From NCBI GenBank assembly GCA_040954595.2, contig CM082577.2:8023846-8087845 (forward strand): 64,000 nucleotides of DNA, read 5' to 3'. Of the stretch, positions 18,901-32,854 are shown in pieces. Numbering within the stretch: position 1 is the stretch's first letter; the number at the start of each line of letters is the position of its first letter. The notes beneath the pieces were generated by a model. It searched no databases, was not told the origin of the DNA, and worked only from the letters and a program-made list of their open reading frames with translations. The translations under genes and the position numbers were made by a program. The stretch is from Balanoglossus misakiensis. Lineage: Eukaryota > Animalia > Hemichordata.

Positions 18901-21900
18901 GAGCTGATTTCTATACATTGCTATTGCACCAAATTAAAAGCGAGTTTAAACGAGTTTAAAATATTTAGACATTTGTACAAAACATGTCGGGCCGTTTTCC
19001 CCCGCCCGCTCGGTGAACCGGCTTAGGCAGTGGCGATACACTGTTTTGTGAGATATTCTACATTTAGAGCTCTAAGAATTTGAATTGTTAGTTGGTAGCC
19101 CGTTTTGGATGATGTGCTGCCGCTGCCCGACGCGCACGCGCCATGTAAGTCACCACAGTCTGGTGAACGCCTATCCAGAAGGGCATACACGTTAAATATG
19201 CATCGGACAGACATTATTTTAAGTGACACGGAGGAGTCTGTTACCCGTACCTGTACTGTATGTATAATTGATTTCAATCCAATATGTGTACCTGCACTTT
19301 CGCTAGTCTCGTTTGTATTCAGTCTTTAGTGACATCGGAGTAGGCATAGGATACTGTCATTTGCATGAGTATTAGCCAAAACTGACAATTTTGGTTTCAA
19401 TTCTGCTTTTCTTAGCACGTACACTCCCAGTCGGCGATACTCCACAGCCATGTAAATATCAAACGCACATTTAATAACTTCGATTGTCAAAAGCCCATCA
19501 AAGTTCACACCACCTTTGTATTTCTATCAAGCGGCTCATACATTTTCATTTATCCATTTAATATTTCCATAAGATTGTGCCATTTGATATGGGCGCATTC
19601 ATCACTGAACAAAACTCATTACCATTTTGTTATTACCAAATAGCCTTTTTTTGTAAATTTTGCTGCAATACTGGTACATGAATACGGAAGGGCCAGTTTT
19701 AGTTGTGTTTTTTCTTTGCGTTTGCGTTCGTTTTACATTTGTGCTTAATATTCGCCGAACCGTTGAATAAAAAAATTATGTTTAATCCTCCTCATCGATG
19801 TATAATCTGCTAGGGTCGATTCCAAACGTATGGTTTCCTTTTCCTCAGACTAAACAGCGGTGTGGTTAATCACGGAAATGCAATGTAGGCCTACATTGAA
19901 ATTAAAAGCAAGGCAAGCGGTGGAACAAAACTGTCGCTCTGCTCCTTTTGACTTGAATGCGGCGATGGCATCTACATGAAATGACCAAAAAAGCAACGAA
20001 CCTACCACCACAACAGAACTGCATGATCCCGACCGCCTTAATTTCATACCCCGCGGTGAACTGTATCCTCAACCGTTTTGTACAATTTTCAGATAATTAC
20101 ACCATTTGTTTGATCATTGAACTGTGTCGTGTTTTGTAATTAATGACCCAAGCCTCTCGCACTGAATTGGTATGTAAAACCGTACGTCAGTTCGTTCTGG
20201 GTACACATTTGTTAATTAGAATATGCACAGTAATCATTTTGCTACTGTCTTCTCATGCGAGGATGCACATTTCCACGTATTCCCAATTTGTCGCATTTAC
20301 AACGAGAAAATACGTGAATGCCATGGACATTAATATTATGTAGGCCCTATGTTGACATGTTTTGCGATATGAGCCAATATGGCTATTTTGTTGTGAATAG
20401 ATTTACAATAATTCCTCCTTCGCACGCACATACCACTGTCTATAAAGGCGACGCCAGTTACTGTGTTTTCGCGAATACATAATCAACAATAATTCACTTC
20501 CTATTCCACGATACAAAATTTATTTTGTACAAACTAATAGTCCTCGGCAACATATTTGTCATTGTCACGTCGACCTTCAACGTTTGACCTTGACTCGCGG
20601 TAAGGACCATCGCATACTGACGCGAGCAAACATAATGTTCTTTTTTTCATTGCAACACGCGCCGATCGAGATCAGCAGCCCCTGCCTACTGGTATTTTTA
20701 TCTCAACTATATATCTGAGATCTTTAATAAAGGCATTTAGATGGTTTCGGTGAGATGCCAAACTAGGTCTCCGCCTGTGAAGGACAGAGCTGCTGAATAG
20801 GATACATTTCGCATTCAGTGTTAGCGTGCATCATATGGCGTGAAGGGGCGGATTTGAAAACATGTCAGAATTACATGTTAATTGATTGTAAATTTATCGA
20901 CCTTACTATTGTTAAAATGCACGGGCCCAGGCACCAATTTAGGGGATGTGTAAGCCCGGTAGCATCCAAAATACATTGGGTTTTATGACATACCAGACTG
21001 TGTACTGTATTTTGACTGCGTGCACACCCAGTAAATATAGAGACAGGATATTTGCTGCATCTTGTTATCTCGTTTGAACTGTCTACATATGGTCTTAGTT
21101 TAATCGAAACGTCAATTGAATGTAGCTTATAAAGTTCATCTGCTACATCGATAATCAGTACCAAATCCAGTCATGAGGGCAGTAGACAAAAAATTCAAAT
21201 GTTGGAAGTCAGAAATGAAATTTCAAAAAATCCAGTAATATACTCCAATCTGACAATGCTTTCAAGAGACCACATGCGCAGTGTTGCAACGCTACAGCAT
21301 AAGCTGCGCATGAAATATGGAAGAGCGCGAAGAGAGTCCACTACTAGTATTTGAATGCGTCAAACGCACAATTTGCAGAACATTTGGATTGGACGTATAA
21401 ATGTTTGTACACACCAAATTACGCACATGCGCATAAGACGGTCGTCGACCTTCAATATATGCCCTGACAATTGTTAAAAAAACACAATAGTAAATGCTGT
21501 TGTCGCGAACATATGTTGTGTTTCAGATGATCTAAAATCATAATTCATCACTCCAGCCTCGACAGTTGCGTTCATTTTGACACTTGCGATGATATCGCAA
21601 CGATTGTTAAACGTCCCTCTTGGCAAGGGTGTGAGTGAGGTTTTTAATTGAACTATGTCGTTTTACTTGTAACACGTTACCAATAACAAACCTGTAAATT
21701 GTTATCTCTGTGCCCGATATAGGGCATCATGATCAGCACACTGCGGTCAAACTTTCATTATCGGGGCAGTTGTGTCCAGGGATACAACGGCAATCGTCCC
21801 GGGTCAGGGTTGCCGGCAGCTTGCACAGAGTCAGGGGTCACCTTCAATGCTAATAATAGCTCAGCTATTCGCCATAAAGATTATTTATATCAACGTGAAC

Positions 21901-22507
21901 CAACACTGGGTTTGCTGCCATCAATGATTAAGCAACGTTGGGTGTTCTGTTAGTCGTGAACTGAATTTCGGGCGCCTAAAATGAGGATAGGTATTTGAAG
22001 CATTTGAGATTGGATCTGGGTCAAAGTTTAATTAAACCACAGACAGAGAAAATATCTTTTTCTTTGTCTGTGATTAAACATATTACGAGATTAGCTCACC
22101 GTCATGTGATACGATATCGCAGCAATGTGGTTGAGCGCCATCTACGGCCATCTACTCAGTACTTGAGCCTCCTTAATGAAAATGCCACCAGGGCTGAGAG
22201 TGTACAGCATAGAATACTTGGGCCTCCGTCTTTTCAGGTGGTGCAGTCAATGTGAAAGCGCCCCCAAGCGAGGAGTCCGACCGTAAATCTGAATTTCCGT
22301 CATGTAACAAGATTGACTAATTCTCAGGGTTTTTTCTGCATACAGATATAACAAGACAGAGTAGAGGTTCGATATTTTACCCGTTACCAGAGAGATGAGT
22401 CCAAGAAATCCTGCAAAATGTCCGTGACTAGTTCGTGTCGAAGAACAACCAAGAGTCATGCAACTCAGCGATTGTTGACTGTATCCATCTAGTATGGCGA
22501 AACCAAT

Positions 22508-22990
22508 ATGGTGCGGAATGGAAAAAGGGAGGCCAACCAAACCGTGCGAACTAAACAAATCGCTCCCCCAAAGAGAAAGGGTGGTTCCTTACCAGGGGCG
22601 AAGCTGGAGACCACGGAAGCACCGGAGGAAAGAGACGATGAGCGACCAAGCCAACAAACGCGGACGGAAGACGCGCCCAGGCCCGAGACCAGCTTTCTGA
22701 AGAACAACCAGACCCGCCAACTGACGATCTGTTTGGTGGCGTTCGCCGTTGGGATCGTGGGCATCGCCCTGCTGGTGCTGAGGGACAACATCGCGATGCT
22801 GGCGTGTGGGTGCATCTTTTTGTCAGTTGCTGGGCTGGCCGTCCTGGTCATGGGTGTCTGGCGATGTTACGACGCCAGGAAGTACACCAGCATAGGTATT
22901 GGATACTCCGTTGCCAGGACAACGAACGCGGATGGCGCGGAGCTCGGGGCGGAGGGAGGCGAGCCTAGCAGTGGTACTTCGACGGTATAG
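22508..22990 (+). CDS. Small two-TM membrane protein B, PIRT/TMEM100-like topology, 160 aa
   Basis: GC-rich single coding exon after an acceptor at 22492. A charged N-terminus precedes TM1 LTICLVAFAVGIVGIALLVL, loop RDN and TM2 IAMLACGCIFLSVAGLAVLVMGVW, then RCYDARK. The C-terminus -STV is a class I PDZ-binding-like motif. Confidence 0.82.
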   Translation: MVRNGKREANQTVRTKQIAPPKRKGGSLPGAKLETTEAPEERDDERPSQQTRTEDAPRPETSFLKNNQTRQLTICLVAFAVGIVGIALLVLRDNIAMLACGCIFLSVAGLAVLVMGVWRCYDARKYTSIGIGYSVARTTNADGAELGAEGGEPSSGTSTV

Positions 22991-25900
22991 CTCAGCATTC
23001 GATACCTTCTATATATCTGTTTATCTTTGCTTGTTTTAGCACTTTTAGGATGTTCTTTGACTTTCGTTTCTTTCACGGAATATAACCACAAATGGTACGA
23101 CTAAAACTTTACATTCACATCGGGTAAAAAATGTTATCTTAAAGTTTACTGCCAAGACATAGCAATAGATCAAATAAGCAATGCATTTACTTTTGCAGTG
23201 ATAAAGACGACCTGTCTAGCAGTGCCTGTGTATGCACGGTCGCACTGCATTTTGTTTAAATGGAGCAGGCAGGCAGGCAGGAAGGAAGGAAGGAATGAAC
23301 TTTTACGTCTGAGATGCGTTGCAAGTTAATAAGCTTTCAGTTTTAATGATTTGTGAATCACAGGCATTTCGGGTTTGGCTGACAAGTCAGACGTGATTGC
23401 ATACCAGGTTTGCTAGATATAATGATCGGGGAGGAATACTCGTAGGATTGGTTTGCGCATTTGTTTCTACGGTCCCCCCCCCCCCCTCTCACGTCATTTT
23501 AGGAACTTTAGATATTTAATGTAAGCACAAGATCTGTAGGTGGCGCAAACGCTCACTTCTCGCTCCTGATCTCTCAGAACGAAAATGTCAACCAGACTTT
23601 AATCTTGCTCACGATAACACACGTGAATTTCATCACAATAACTGATGGCGATGACAATGACGATGACCTTTTCGGTCGGAAAGGTCAATGCTACCATGGA
23701 CACGTGACGTCATATTTGATATTGAGAGCTAAAGTGTTATCGATTTCTTTCGTTTTCCATTTTTGCTAGGCCACAATCTGTTTTCAGCGTGGCGTTTGTG
23801 GTTTTGGATGGGGTAGGGCTGGTTCTGGATTTAATGCAGGCGAGGGGATCTTTCCCACGTCGTTTTGAACGCTTACCGTGGATTTTTTTACCGGGCATTT
23901 AAGATTGTCTTCAATTTAATCGTCCTATTAACTGACCAGCTTTAAGGAGAGCATTGTCATTATAAATTATACAATTTCAGTAAATATGGATTTTTCTTCT
24001 TTTGAAATACGATAATACCGTATGGTTGTTTCTCGAGCTATATAAGTCGGAATAATCGATTCCACCCAACCTATAACAGCCAGGAACATTTAATTATATT
24101 CGATGCAATTGGTTTCAAAATCTAGGTTGGTCATTTACACACATTCCTCGTCAAGATGTGCAATACACAGAATGTACAGTTAAATTTTAGTGATTACCAA
24201 ACAGTTGTGTTAATTCAGGGTCATGTCAAATGTCAGGGGGACTTTTAAAATTTTGACTTTAACGCTATTTATTCACTTGTACCATTTACCCAAACACTTG
24301 AAAGTTGGAATGCGTTTTACGGCTAGATGTTGTCGTTATTTTAAAAGTAGAATTTTTCGGAATTACGCAGTGAGAAGACGCACGGTGCGATGCTTTTTAT
24401 GGTGTCGCTGATTTTGCAGGGTGGTTAGGATATGTGATGAATAATCGACGTCACAATTACAAACAAAACAATTCGAAGTTACATGTTTTATATTTCTCAA
24501 ACATCATCTGTCTGAATACATAACATCTAGGAAACTCTTAATGGGCTTTAGAGTGTAGTTAAAGTAATACCAACCGTCGACGCGTTGACGTTCTCGTTGT
24601 CATCAGCAGCAACTGAGAAAATGTGGTCAAAATTGGGCAAACGCGGCAATAAGTCAAGTTTGTATTTGCCGCCATATTCTATGATCACTGCTTGCACTCG
24701 TCCGTTGTAGCAATCCCAAACGATGCTCTCAAACGCGTTTTGAAATTCTGGAAATGAAATACCGTACAGAATGTTGCTGAATATTTTATGGAGAGGAAGG
24801 GTGAGGGCAAAAAGTCACCAACCTCCGCCTCTGATGGAGTAGGCTGACTCAAAGGAACGTAGGTTATAGGTCACTGAGAACATGAATATATATAAACATG
24901 CTGTCAATTCTAATCCAATCACTGAATCGCTGAATAACCACCAGGTGGATATTGTAAGATGTCATTCCATCATTCGGTATAGGTCATGTGTAAACTTATA
25001 GAAGGCAAACCACTCGAAAATATAATCAAATTCCAAGACTAAGCGAGAAATCCATGTTTCCTATTTCCTAAACCCCCGAATTGGAAGTTTCGTAATAAAA
25101 TCTAGGAAACCTTTGATTAAATTTCACCCGGATTTTAATCCAGATTTTTTTGCAATTTTATGCGCCGCCACACAGTCTGATCATTGATAAGAAAGTGCAG
25201 CTCCAGTATGCACGTGTGCCGAGAAGTACGCCTCAGTTGTGATGGAAAACATTAAACGAGAATTTTCTGTCGTTCGACACAGCGCTGTAAAAAGAGCTGC
25301 GTGTTGAAATCGATTACAGGCGCTGGTTTGTGCGCTGATTTGAATGCTACCCACGTGGTCTGTGTGACTATACGCGTACCACCTGCGGACGCCAATAACA
25401 AACCCATCAAACCTGCGCCCCACTTTGGTTCTGTTTGCACAGCGTTCTTATTCTTTAGATCAGACTGGGAAGCGTGATTTAGAATAAAAATAACGGAAAA
25501 TTGAACTGACATTGAATACATTATCCCCATGTAGCTGGGGGGGGGAGAGACAGAAGACAACGATCGATAGGTTAGGCGGCAACAGAGCATCTGTTACTTT
25601 ACCGTCAGACCTGATGGCATCATGCTGATGTCATTTGCAGAAAAAACAGACACCGAGTAAAGATCGGTCAAAGGGTTTTGTCTTATGCGTTTTCACAAAT
25701 CGCCGGTGATTAAAGGGAATATGTTGTGTTTAGATTTCATTGATATACCAAGCTATGTGATTCATAAAAAAACAGAATCTCAAGTGTGTTTTCTGGCGAT
25801 TCCCAGTCTTATGGGAAGAATCAATTAACGAGTCTTTTACATCCTTAACTGTGATGTCGTTAGAAATATTCATTCTTAAATTAGTTTCTTAGTTAACACT

Positions 25901-26127
25901 CTGTTTAGTGCGGGTCCAGTTGTGATAAGTGTAATTCACGCACATTTCTGATTTCTGTCACATTTTGCATGTTATTATTTTAACTTTGACTTTCTCGTAT
26001 CTTAAGATGAACGACTTCGATAAAAGATGTGGTATCCAGCAGATTACGCAACATATAATGTCAAATATATCTAATAAAATTACAGCGGTTATTGTTGTGG
26101 CTGGTTCAATTAATGCGTATACGTACC

Positions 26128-26136
<9 letters not shown>

Positions 26137-26201
<65 letters not shown>
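26137..26201. repeat. (GA)n microsatellite
   Basis: Read directly. Confidence 0.95.
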
Positions 26202-26202
<1 letters not shown>

Positions 26203-29200
26203 AATAGATAGCTACATGTACTATCTAATGTCTAGTGTTGTATAGCGCTGTGTCTGTAGATCGCCCTCTTTCGGTAACATTCATTCAATCATGGATTAAT
26301 CTTGCAAATATGGCCTCTGCATGTAATGTTGCCTTTTCATCTCATTCTGAAGGATGTTCACAGCCTACACATTACTTTTGTTAATGTCAAGACACTCCAT
26401 TTCCTTCATTCTACACCTCAACATTTATTATTTGTCAAATAGATCGTCGCGCCTCAATACCATAGGGAAATATTCAAATGTGCAAAAACACGTCACACCG
26501 ATGACTCTTACTCGTAAAACAGCGAAGATACTGTAGGTTATACCGGAATTCTCAATTTTACGAAAACACGATAGAAATCGAGTAATTTGTCATCAATCTT
26601 AAAATTAACGGAAGACATCAACGTACACTTTCCCCATACGCCTGCTGTCACCAAGAAGCGAATGTTTGTGGGCGAAGATTTCTCTCTTGTGTGACAGCGC
26701 GTTTACTTGCTAAACTTGAGTAATTTACCTGGCTGTCGCGACCGTTCTGAGATAGTATGCTTCGTGTTTATGCATTGACCAATCAGGTATGCCGTTTTAA
26801 ATTTGTTAGTAAGTGAAATGGAATCTACATGGAAAGCACACGTGTAACTTAAATTGACGTATGTTAAGTGATCGCTGCTTGGTCAGCGTGGTGCCGTCGC
26901 TCGTTCCATTTTCCGCGAAATGCACGCAGATTCCCTGGGGGTGTATCTGCTGGGCAAATCGAACAGCTTATTTTCGAAAGCGAAAACAACTTGGAAAGCG
27001 ATAACCTGATATATCGAGTTGGAGTGTGTCACGGACGTTACAATTAATCATCGTTGGCAGTAACGCCCAAAACAGTACAGCCACGGCATGCAGCAGTGCC
27101 ATGACTATCATGACTGTCGAAAATCGACTAGATTTCCATTCGAATCGCGCTCCAGTACTTGTGACGTTTTTTCTTAAAGCGCGATTAACGTTTGTAGACA
27201 AAACCTAAACTAACCATCTGCGCCATCTTTCGCTGCAAATTTACTTCCTCGTCTTTTATTTCTATGACGACAAACTTAAATTCATAATATGGATTTAGTT
27301 TTTGCTTCACGAGAGAGTTTATTTTATCTATAATCAACGTTGTTGTTTAATCAACTTCCAGGATGAGAACTTGGCATTTGTACAGTTCTTTCCTGATATT
27401 GAATTTAATCATGAAATCCAGTAGCATTTAAAAACTGAAATAAAATTGTCGGTCTGTGTTTTGTTGGCTCTCTCCGCAATGCAATACTACAATCCTTAGA
27501 AGACTCACTGGGAAGGAAAAGAAAACAGAAAATGCAGCTGTCACGAGGGACAGGAATAACGATGTGGTGGATTCATCAAGGGTTGAACAGAAACAGACAA
27601 TCGCTCACTCAAGGAAAAGCCCCTGATACCGCGTTCGATTGTGATGTACACAAACCGTCGCCTGTCAAGGCACACGCAGCGCCGTGCTCGGCTGAGGTGA
27701 TTTGAAAGCGCCTCTGACGTCAACCATTCTGACAAATCAGAAATGATGCCGCTGATTATTTTGACCCGAGATAACACCGCGAAGGAAAGCACTGTTAGCA
27801 ACACATCTGCTGATGGGCAGAAATCACCCTACACTGCGAGAATCGATGCAGCTACCGGGTGTATCCGGCAGTGTGTGTATGTGAGGGAGCGTGGTGTGTG
27901 TGTGAGGTTAGAGAGGCAGAAAGTGACAGACTTAGAGAAAGAGAGATACAAAGAAGCAGACCAAAAGAGACAAGAGTGGACTAGCAAGTCGTGTTTGTCT
28001 TGCGTCGACCAGTTTGAACACAAAGCAAAATAATGTGTAAGCTAAACTCATTATAAGTTGACTGTGTGGTTACAAATAAAACGCAGTCTCATTTTCTCAT
28101 CTGTTTCATTCAGTGCGTTGACGACCAATAACAACATTTAAAAAAAATCATTCACAACTGCCAATATTTAGAAAAAGAAAACATTCAAAAATTGTCGATG
28201 AAAATGTTATCAAGAAATAAATACTGTACATACACACTATTTAATAGACTAATGTAGATCAATATGCAGTTTTCTGTTCGGGAACATTTAAACAACTCAA
28301 TTAGCCTCCGCTATTCTTTTAAATGTCACAGTCACGTTGGCGGCACTGTCGCCTTCTGGCAAACAAGGTCTTCCGTGAACAGCAAACCGGAGTATCGGTG
28401 GCAGAGACCTCGCTTTGCGGTCTAATTCACCAAGCTGTAAAACTCGTGCGATCCGAGTGAATAATGCGGCAGTAAACTGTGCAGTGCACGCCGGGTCAAG
28501 CCGATAAACCGTGAAAAAGTAAAACGATCGTTGTCATGAAAACGACAAATGGAGATTGCAACAGTCTTCAGCAGCGCCTGTCTGATAAGGTCAACCACCT
28601 ACTCATAGTAGCCGGTGTTAAATCCACTTCATCTTCATAATTAGTCATCCCCAGCCATTAGGGTGTAAATCAGACCCTTCAGAAGGTCTCAACGGGCGTA
28701 AATTTCGACAGCTTTCCAACCTCGATATAGAACTCCCGCGTGAGTCGTTGATAAATAACGTAACCACTGAAATAGTTCCCGGATGTGTTCTCCCCGCACT
28801 TTTAATGTTAAAACGATAGATGTTTCATCAGACATCAGAGCAAACGATTCGCTCGTACGTTGGCGGTGTTTCCTTTCTTCTCTCCGCTATATCAGTGAGA
28901 AGTATATAGTCTCCGCCGCTTCGACTAATCCCCTCGTGATACGGCACAATTTCTTGTTCCTCAGCGAGACTCTGTGTGTCTTCACTCCTAGAAGTAGAAA
29001 AATTAGAAGAAGTTATAGGGCCCAACAGAGCGTTATCCGATTCGCCTTGTAATTTCTAAGTTGGGAACAGTTTAGCGTGGGCACACATCCCGTACACAAT
29101 GCCTCTTTTGTAAAGATCAATGTAATATTACACCGGTTAAAGATTTTTAACAAATGTCATGAAAATTAATGTAGTTTATAAGCATATTCTGATATTCTTG

Positions 29201-29680
29201 GAGTTTTAAATATTAATAGGATAGACATGTAGTGCCGGTAGATTTACGACCATTTCTCGTATTGGACAAACCACGAATAAATAAAACAACCAGTCTCTGT
29301 CTCTCCCCATCTGTCTGTCTGTCTGTCTCTCCCTCCCCTCTCCCCTCCGTCTCCCAGTACCTCTGAATTCCTCGCCATCATATTTGCTCAGTTACCAGTA
29401 GTCTGTCTGCTTGCTATTCATTGTTTCTACTCATTTTCTGTAGCATATTTACCACCTGCCGTACAATTACACGCGCGACCGTTTTGTAATGAAGACTTAT
29501 TTGAGATGATGTCCTACATCGTGTCTGATTCAATTCCTAGTTTGAACCCTGTAATCTGAACGCCCGTTTCCAAAGCAACAGATGCTGACCGCTGGCGCTA
29601 AGTCTACTCAGTCACAGATGCGATAGACTTCGTGTTACTGGCTTCGAAATGCGCCTCTATTGAGCTCCAGGCGATGGCGT

Positions 29681-29694
29681 GTTTCCATGGCAAC
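29681..29694. promoter_or_regulatory. RFX X-box motif GTTTCCATGGCAAC
   Basis: Matches the consensus GTNRCC/GTTTCC-N(0-3)-RGYAAC. Function is not shown. Confidence 0.4.
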
Positions 29695-31476
29695 CTCACC
29701 ATGGGAATACATGACGGCTATCCGAGTGGCACTACTCAGTCGTCGTGATCAGCTTTGTCTTTCACGTTAAGGAACACACGCCAACTTTTAAAAAAATATA
29801 TCAAATATCTCACATACAATCAACCCAATCAGGCCGATTTTCCATTTTGAAATATAAAAACGAAAACTCCTGGACAGACTTGTTGATGTGCTTATTTGTC
29901 ACGTAAACTACAGAGCGCGTACAAATGCCAAGTATTCGTATATACAATATTTTAATTTAGAAGCTTACATATCACAAACATATAAATCCAGGGTTCGTTG
30001 TCGATTCGCATCTGTGATGATTATTCTCTAAGTACTGTGGTCATATCATTTTGTCCGTTGTCATAGCAGCATTAACAAGACGCCATACAAATACTGGAAC
30101 GAAGTACTCAACTGCAATGTTCCATCTGTGGTGCGATACGAGGCGTGGGTAATATGGGCAGGAAAAAATCTCAATAGATACCAAAGTATTTCGTGTCAAA
30201 TCGAACCTAATCACTCAGGTTGTGCGCACGTCAAACGCTGCGACGATAATGTCGGCGTGTTCAAGGGTTCGCGCGGAACGTGACCGCGCAAATCTACATT
30301 CAATTTAAGTATTCGCCTTCTTCGTGTTCTTTTTACTTCAAAACAGTCCGTTTCTCTCAAAACGATCACATCTTAATGTACATCTAACGTTGCGTTCGTC
30401 TCGAATCAGAGCAGCAGCTATTTTCTGTGTTACCTGGTATTCAGTAAAAGAAAACCTCCAATTGTAAAAGCAGTGTGTCAAGGTCTCCATTGTAATTCGT
30501 GTTCGTTAACAGCAAGGCGTAGCCGGGCTTACGGCTAAATTCAGACTGACTAAAAGCAGTTTGGAGCATGGTACGAAACTTTGCCGAGGGGGAGAACAAA
30601 TAGCGTGAGCAAATGACGTGGAAATGGCATGGAAATTTGGCAGAGACGGCAGCAGTTTTCTGGTCTGAATTAACCTGAATCTCACCGTGACGTTTTCAGT
30701 ATTGTAAAACGAATATCGTGAACTGAGACAAGCTGAAATATTTAGAGACTGACGAATGTGAACCGCCTATATTCTCGAGCAACTTGAAATCGCTTGAGAA
30801 GTTGACGTTAGTGAGGGATAAAACAAGAGCTCTGGGTAATTGAAGGATTCGACCTGCAATTCTAACATTTAACTACCAACGACAAAAACGACATATAGAC
30901 TAACATTATTATAGTCTATTAATAATGCCAAAAGAAATACTGGCCTACATTTTACAAAAAAGCACGTTGTTTTGCTATATTCTCTTGAAGACAGAGAAGC
31001 CATTTAATTAAGGTGGGCTGCATGATACCCGCACGATTTTTTTTTCAAGGCCACATTTTTCATCGAAAGAATCCCCACTGACTGTTTATAAAACCGACTA
31101 TCTGAACCTTACTTTGGTTTGGCCATTCTGTTAAAAATTTGTACTTGGTCTATGCTTGGCCAAGATACATTAAAATACATGTTATGTTTGTGGAAAAGAA
31201 CTAGACATTTACCAAGGGTACGCTAATTTTCAGAACAAACAATAACGGCGTCACTTGGACATGCTTTGATGGCAGATAACATTTTACTACGATGTGTTTC
31301 ATCGAGACAAACTGAAGTGACTCTTAAAAGTCGGGAATAGCGATGTGAGACGATGTGTGCACGATCAAGATGTTATAAAATATGTAGGCTATAAGAATGG
31401 ACTCTGTAAAACAGTTACCTAGCTGGCAGTCACTCAATTAAATTAAGGTCTTCGTTTCTGCCTGGTTGCATTAGTA

Positions 31477-31535
<59 letters not shown>
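31477..31535. repeat. (TGTC)n microsatellite
   Basis: Read directly. Confidence 0.95.
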
Positions 31536-31539
<4 letters not shown>

Positions 31540-32437
31540 TTGTTTCTCCTCTCATCAGCGATTTTGATCAGGAAAAAGCACTTGCAATAATTAAATACGG
31601 CACCGTTTCTAAAGGTTACCACCTCTGTTTCATTTACGTTCCATCGCTGTCCAAGGAGAGTAATCGTCGCCAGCGTGTGAAATTATAGGATGTCCGTGCC
31701 TATACCTTCTAATGGCAACTTGATCAATTGACCTGCATTGCCAGACATTAATTTGTCAGGCTTTTCAGATGGAATTGAAGAGATCGCCACGTGCGTGGAC
31801 TGTGGCGGAGAGCCACTCACAGTGCAAAGTAGCTTGTTGGAAAGAAGTGCTACGTGCTTTTTGTTTGAGTACTGAAACAATTGCAATTTCACGCATAATT
31901 ACTCACATACACACACATACATATATACACACACTCACATACATACATTACACGTGCTTTGTTGGCAACCAGCGTAAGTGGATACACCTAGACAGGTTGG
32001 ATAATCTACCAAACACGGGGTCACCCAAAGGGAAGCCTATGGCATTGATTGAACTATATGGACATTCTGTAAAGGGATTATTGGAGTTAGCAAACGAAAG
32101 AAATTATTTCAAACGAGGCATTTGCTTTGTATTCATTCAGCCCTTAAAACAGGTTACAGTAACTGATCCGATTTGGTATTTCATCAAGTGGGATAATGTG
32201 TATAGCGAGTCAGAGGATGTCGGGAACGTGAAGTGCGTACCAAGCCATTCTTGGGTAAGACGCACACAGTGAACAATTCAGCTAACAACAATCACGACAA
32301 AGTACTTGAAAACAACAAAACCTGGTGTACAGATTATATCAGCCAGATGCTCCTGGACCAGTATATCATCACGCATGATAAGCAAATCGGCTAATTTTGG
32401 TAATAAACTTCGTCGGCGACGAGATCTGAGAAGAAAC

Positions 32438-32854
32438 CTACCTCACAGTCGTCAAACATTCCCGTTCATCGCTGTCTATGTCATTTGCATCGTGTACTAT
32501 AGTGGGCACGCATAGATACGAATTGTGCAGAACCTCGAGTTGGGTATTGTCCGATATGGTGAGCGTCTCCCCGTCGTCTTCCATGTCGTCGTCGCCCGCC
32601 GCGCCGCCCCTCCGCAGCGACGAGAACATTCCCTGGCAACACATGCCCATCAGGATGAGAAGTCCGAAGCAGAACAGCGTCAGGCCTATGGCGAAGGAGG
32701 TCTGGTCCTCGCTGCTGCAAATAAACGGTATCCCAGACAGGGAGATGGCAATGCCGATCACTGCCATGGTGAGCAGGCGACATTCTGTTATAGAAGTCCT
32801 TTTGGCTATGTCCCTTGGACTTATGTGTTCCGTCGACTCGGATCGATGCTCCAT
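32438..32854 (-). CDS. Small two-TM membrane protein C, PIRT/TMEM100-like topology, ~138 aa
   Basis: Minus-strand acceptor with a strong pyrimidine tract at 32871, ATG at 32854. TM1 is LLTMAVIGIAISLSGIPFIC, the loop is SSEDQT and TM2 is SFAIGLTLFCFGLLILMGMCC, followed by an acidic tail. The stop codon overlaps a consensus donor (GAG|gtaggt), so a further 3' exon is possible. Confidence 0.82.
   Translation of the reverse strand: MEHRSESTEHISPRDIAKRTSITECRLLTMAVIGIAISLSGIPFICSSEDQTSFAIGLTLFCFGLLILMGMCCQGMFSSLRRGGAAGDDDMEDDGETLTISDNTQLEVLHNSYLCVPTIVHDANDIDSDERECLTTVR

Noticed and set aside
22489-23091. Minus-strand ORFs overlapping gene B
   Set aside because: Antisense shadows with no independent coding signal.
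26968-27201. 77-aa ORF with one hydrophobic stretch, considered as a fifth cluster member
   Set aside because: Single TM, non-ATG start, no GC-rich coding bias and no glycine pattern.
31769-32272. 167-aa plus-strand ORF
   Set aside because: Includes a low-complexity CA/TA repeat and has no recognisable domain; it probably lies antisense to the 3' UTR of gene C.
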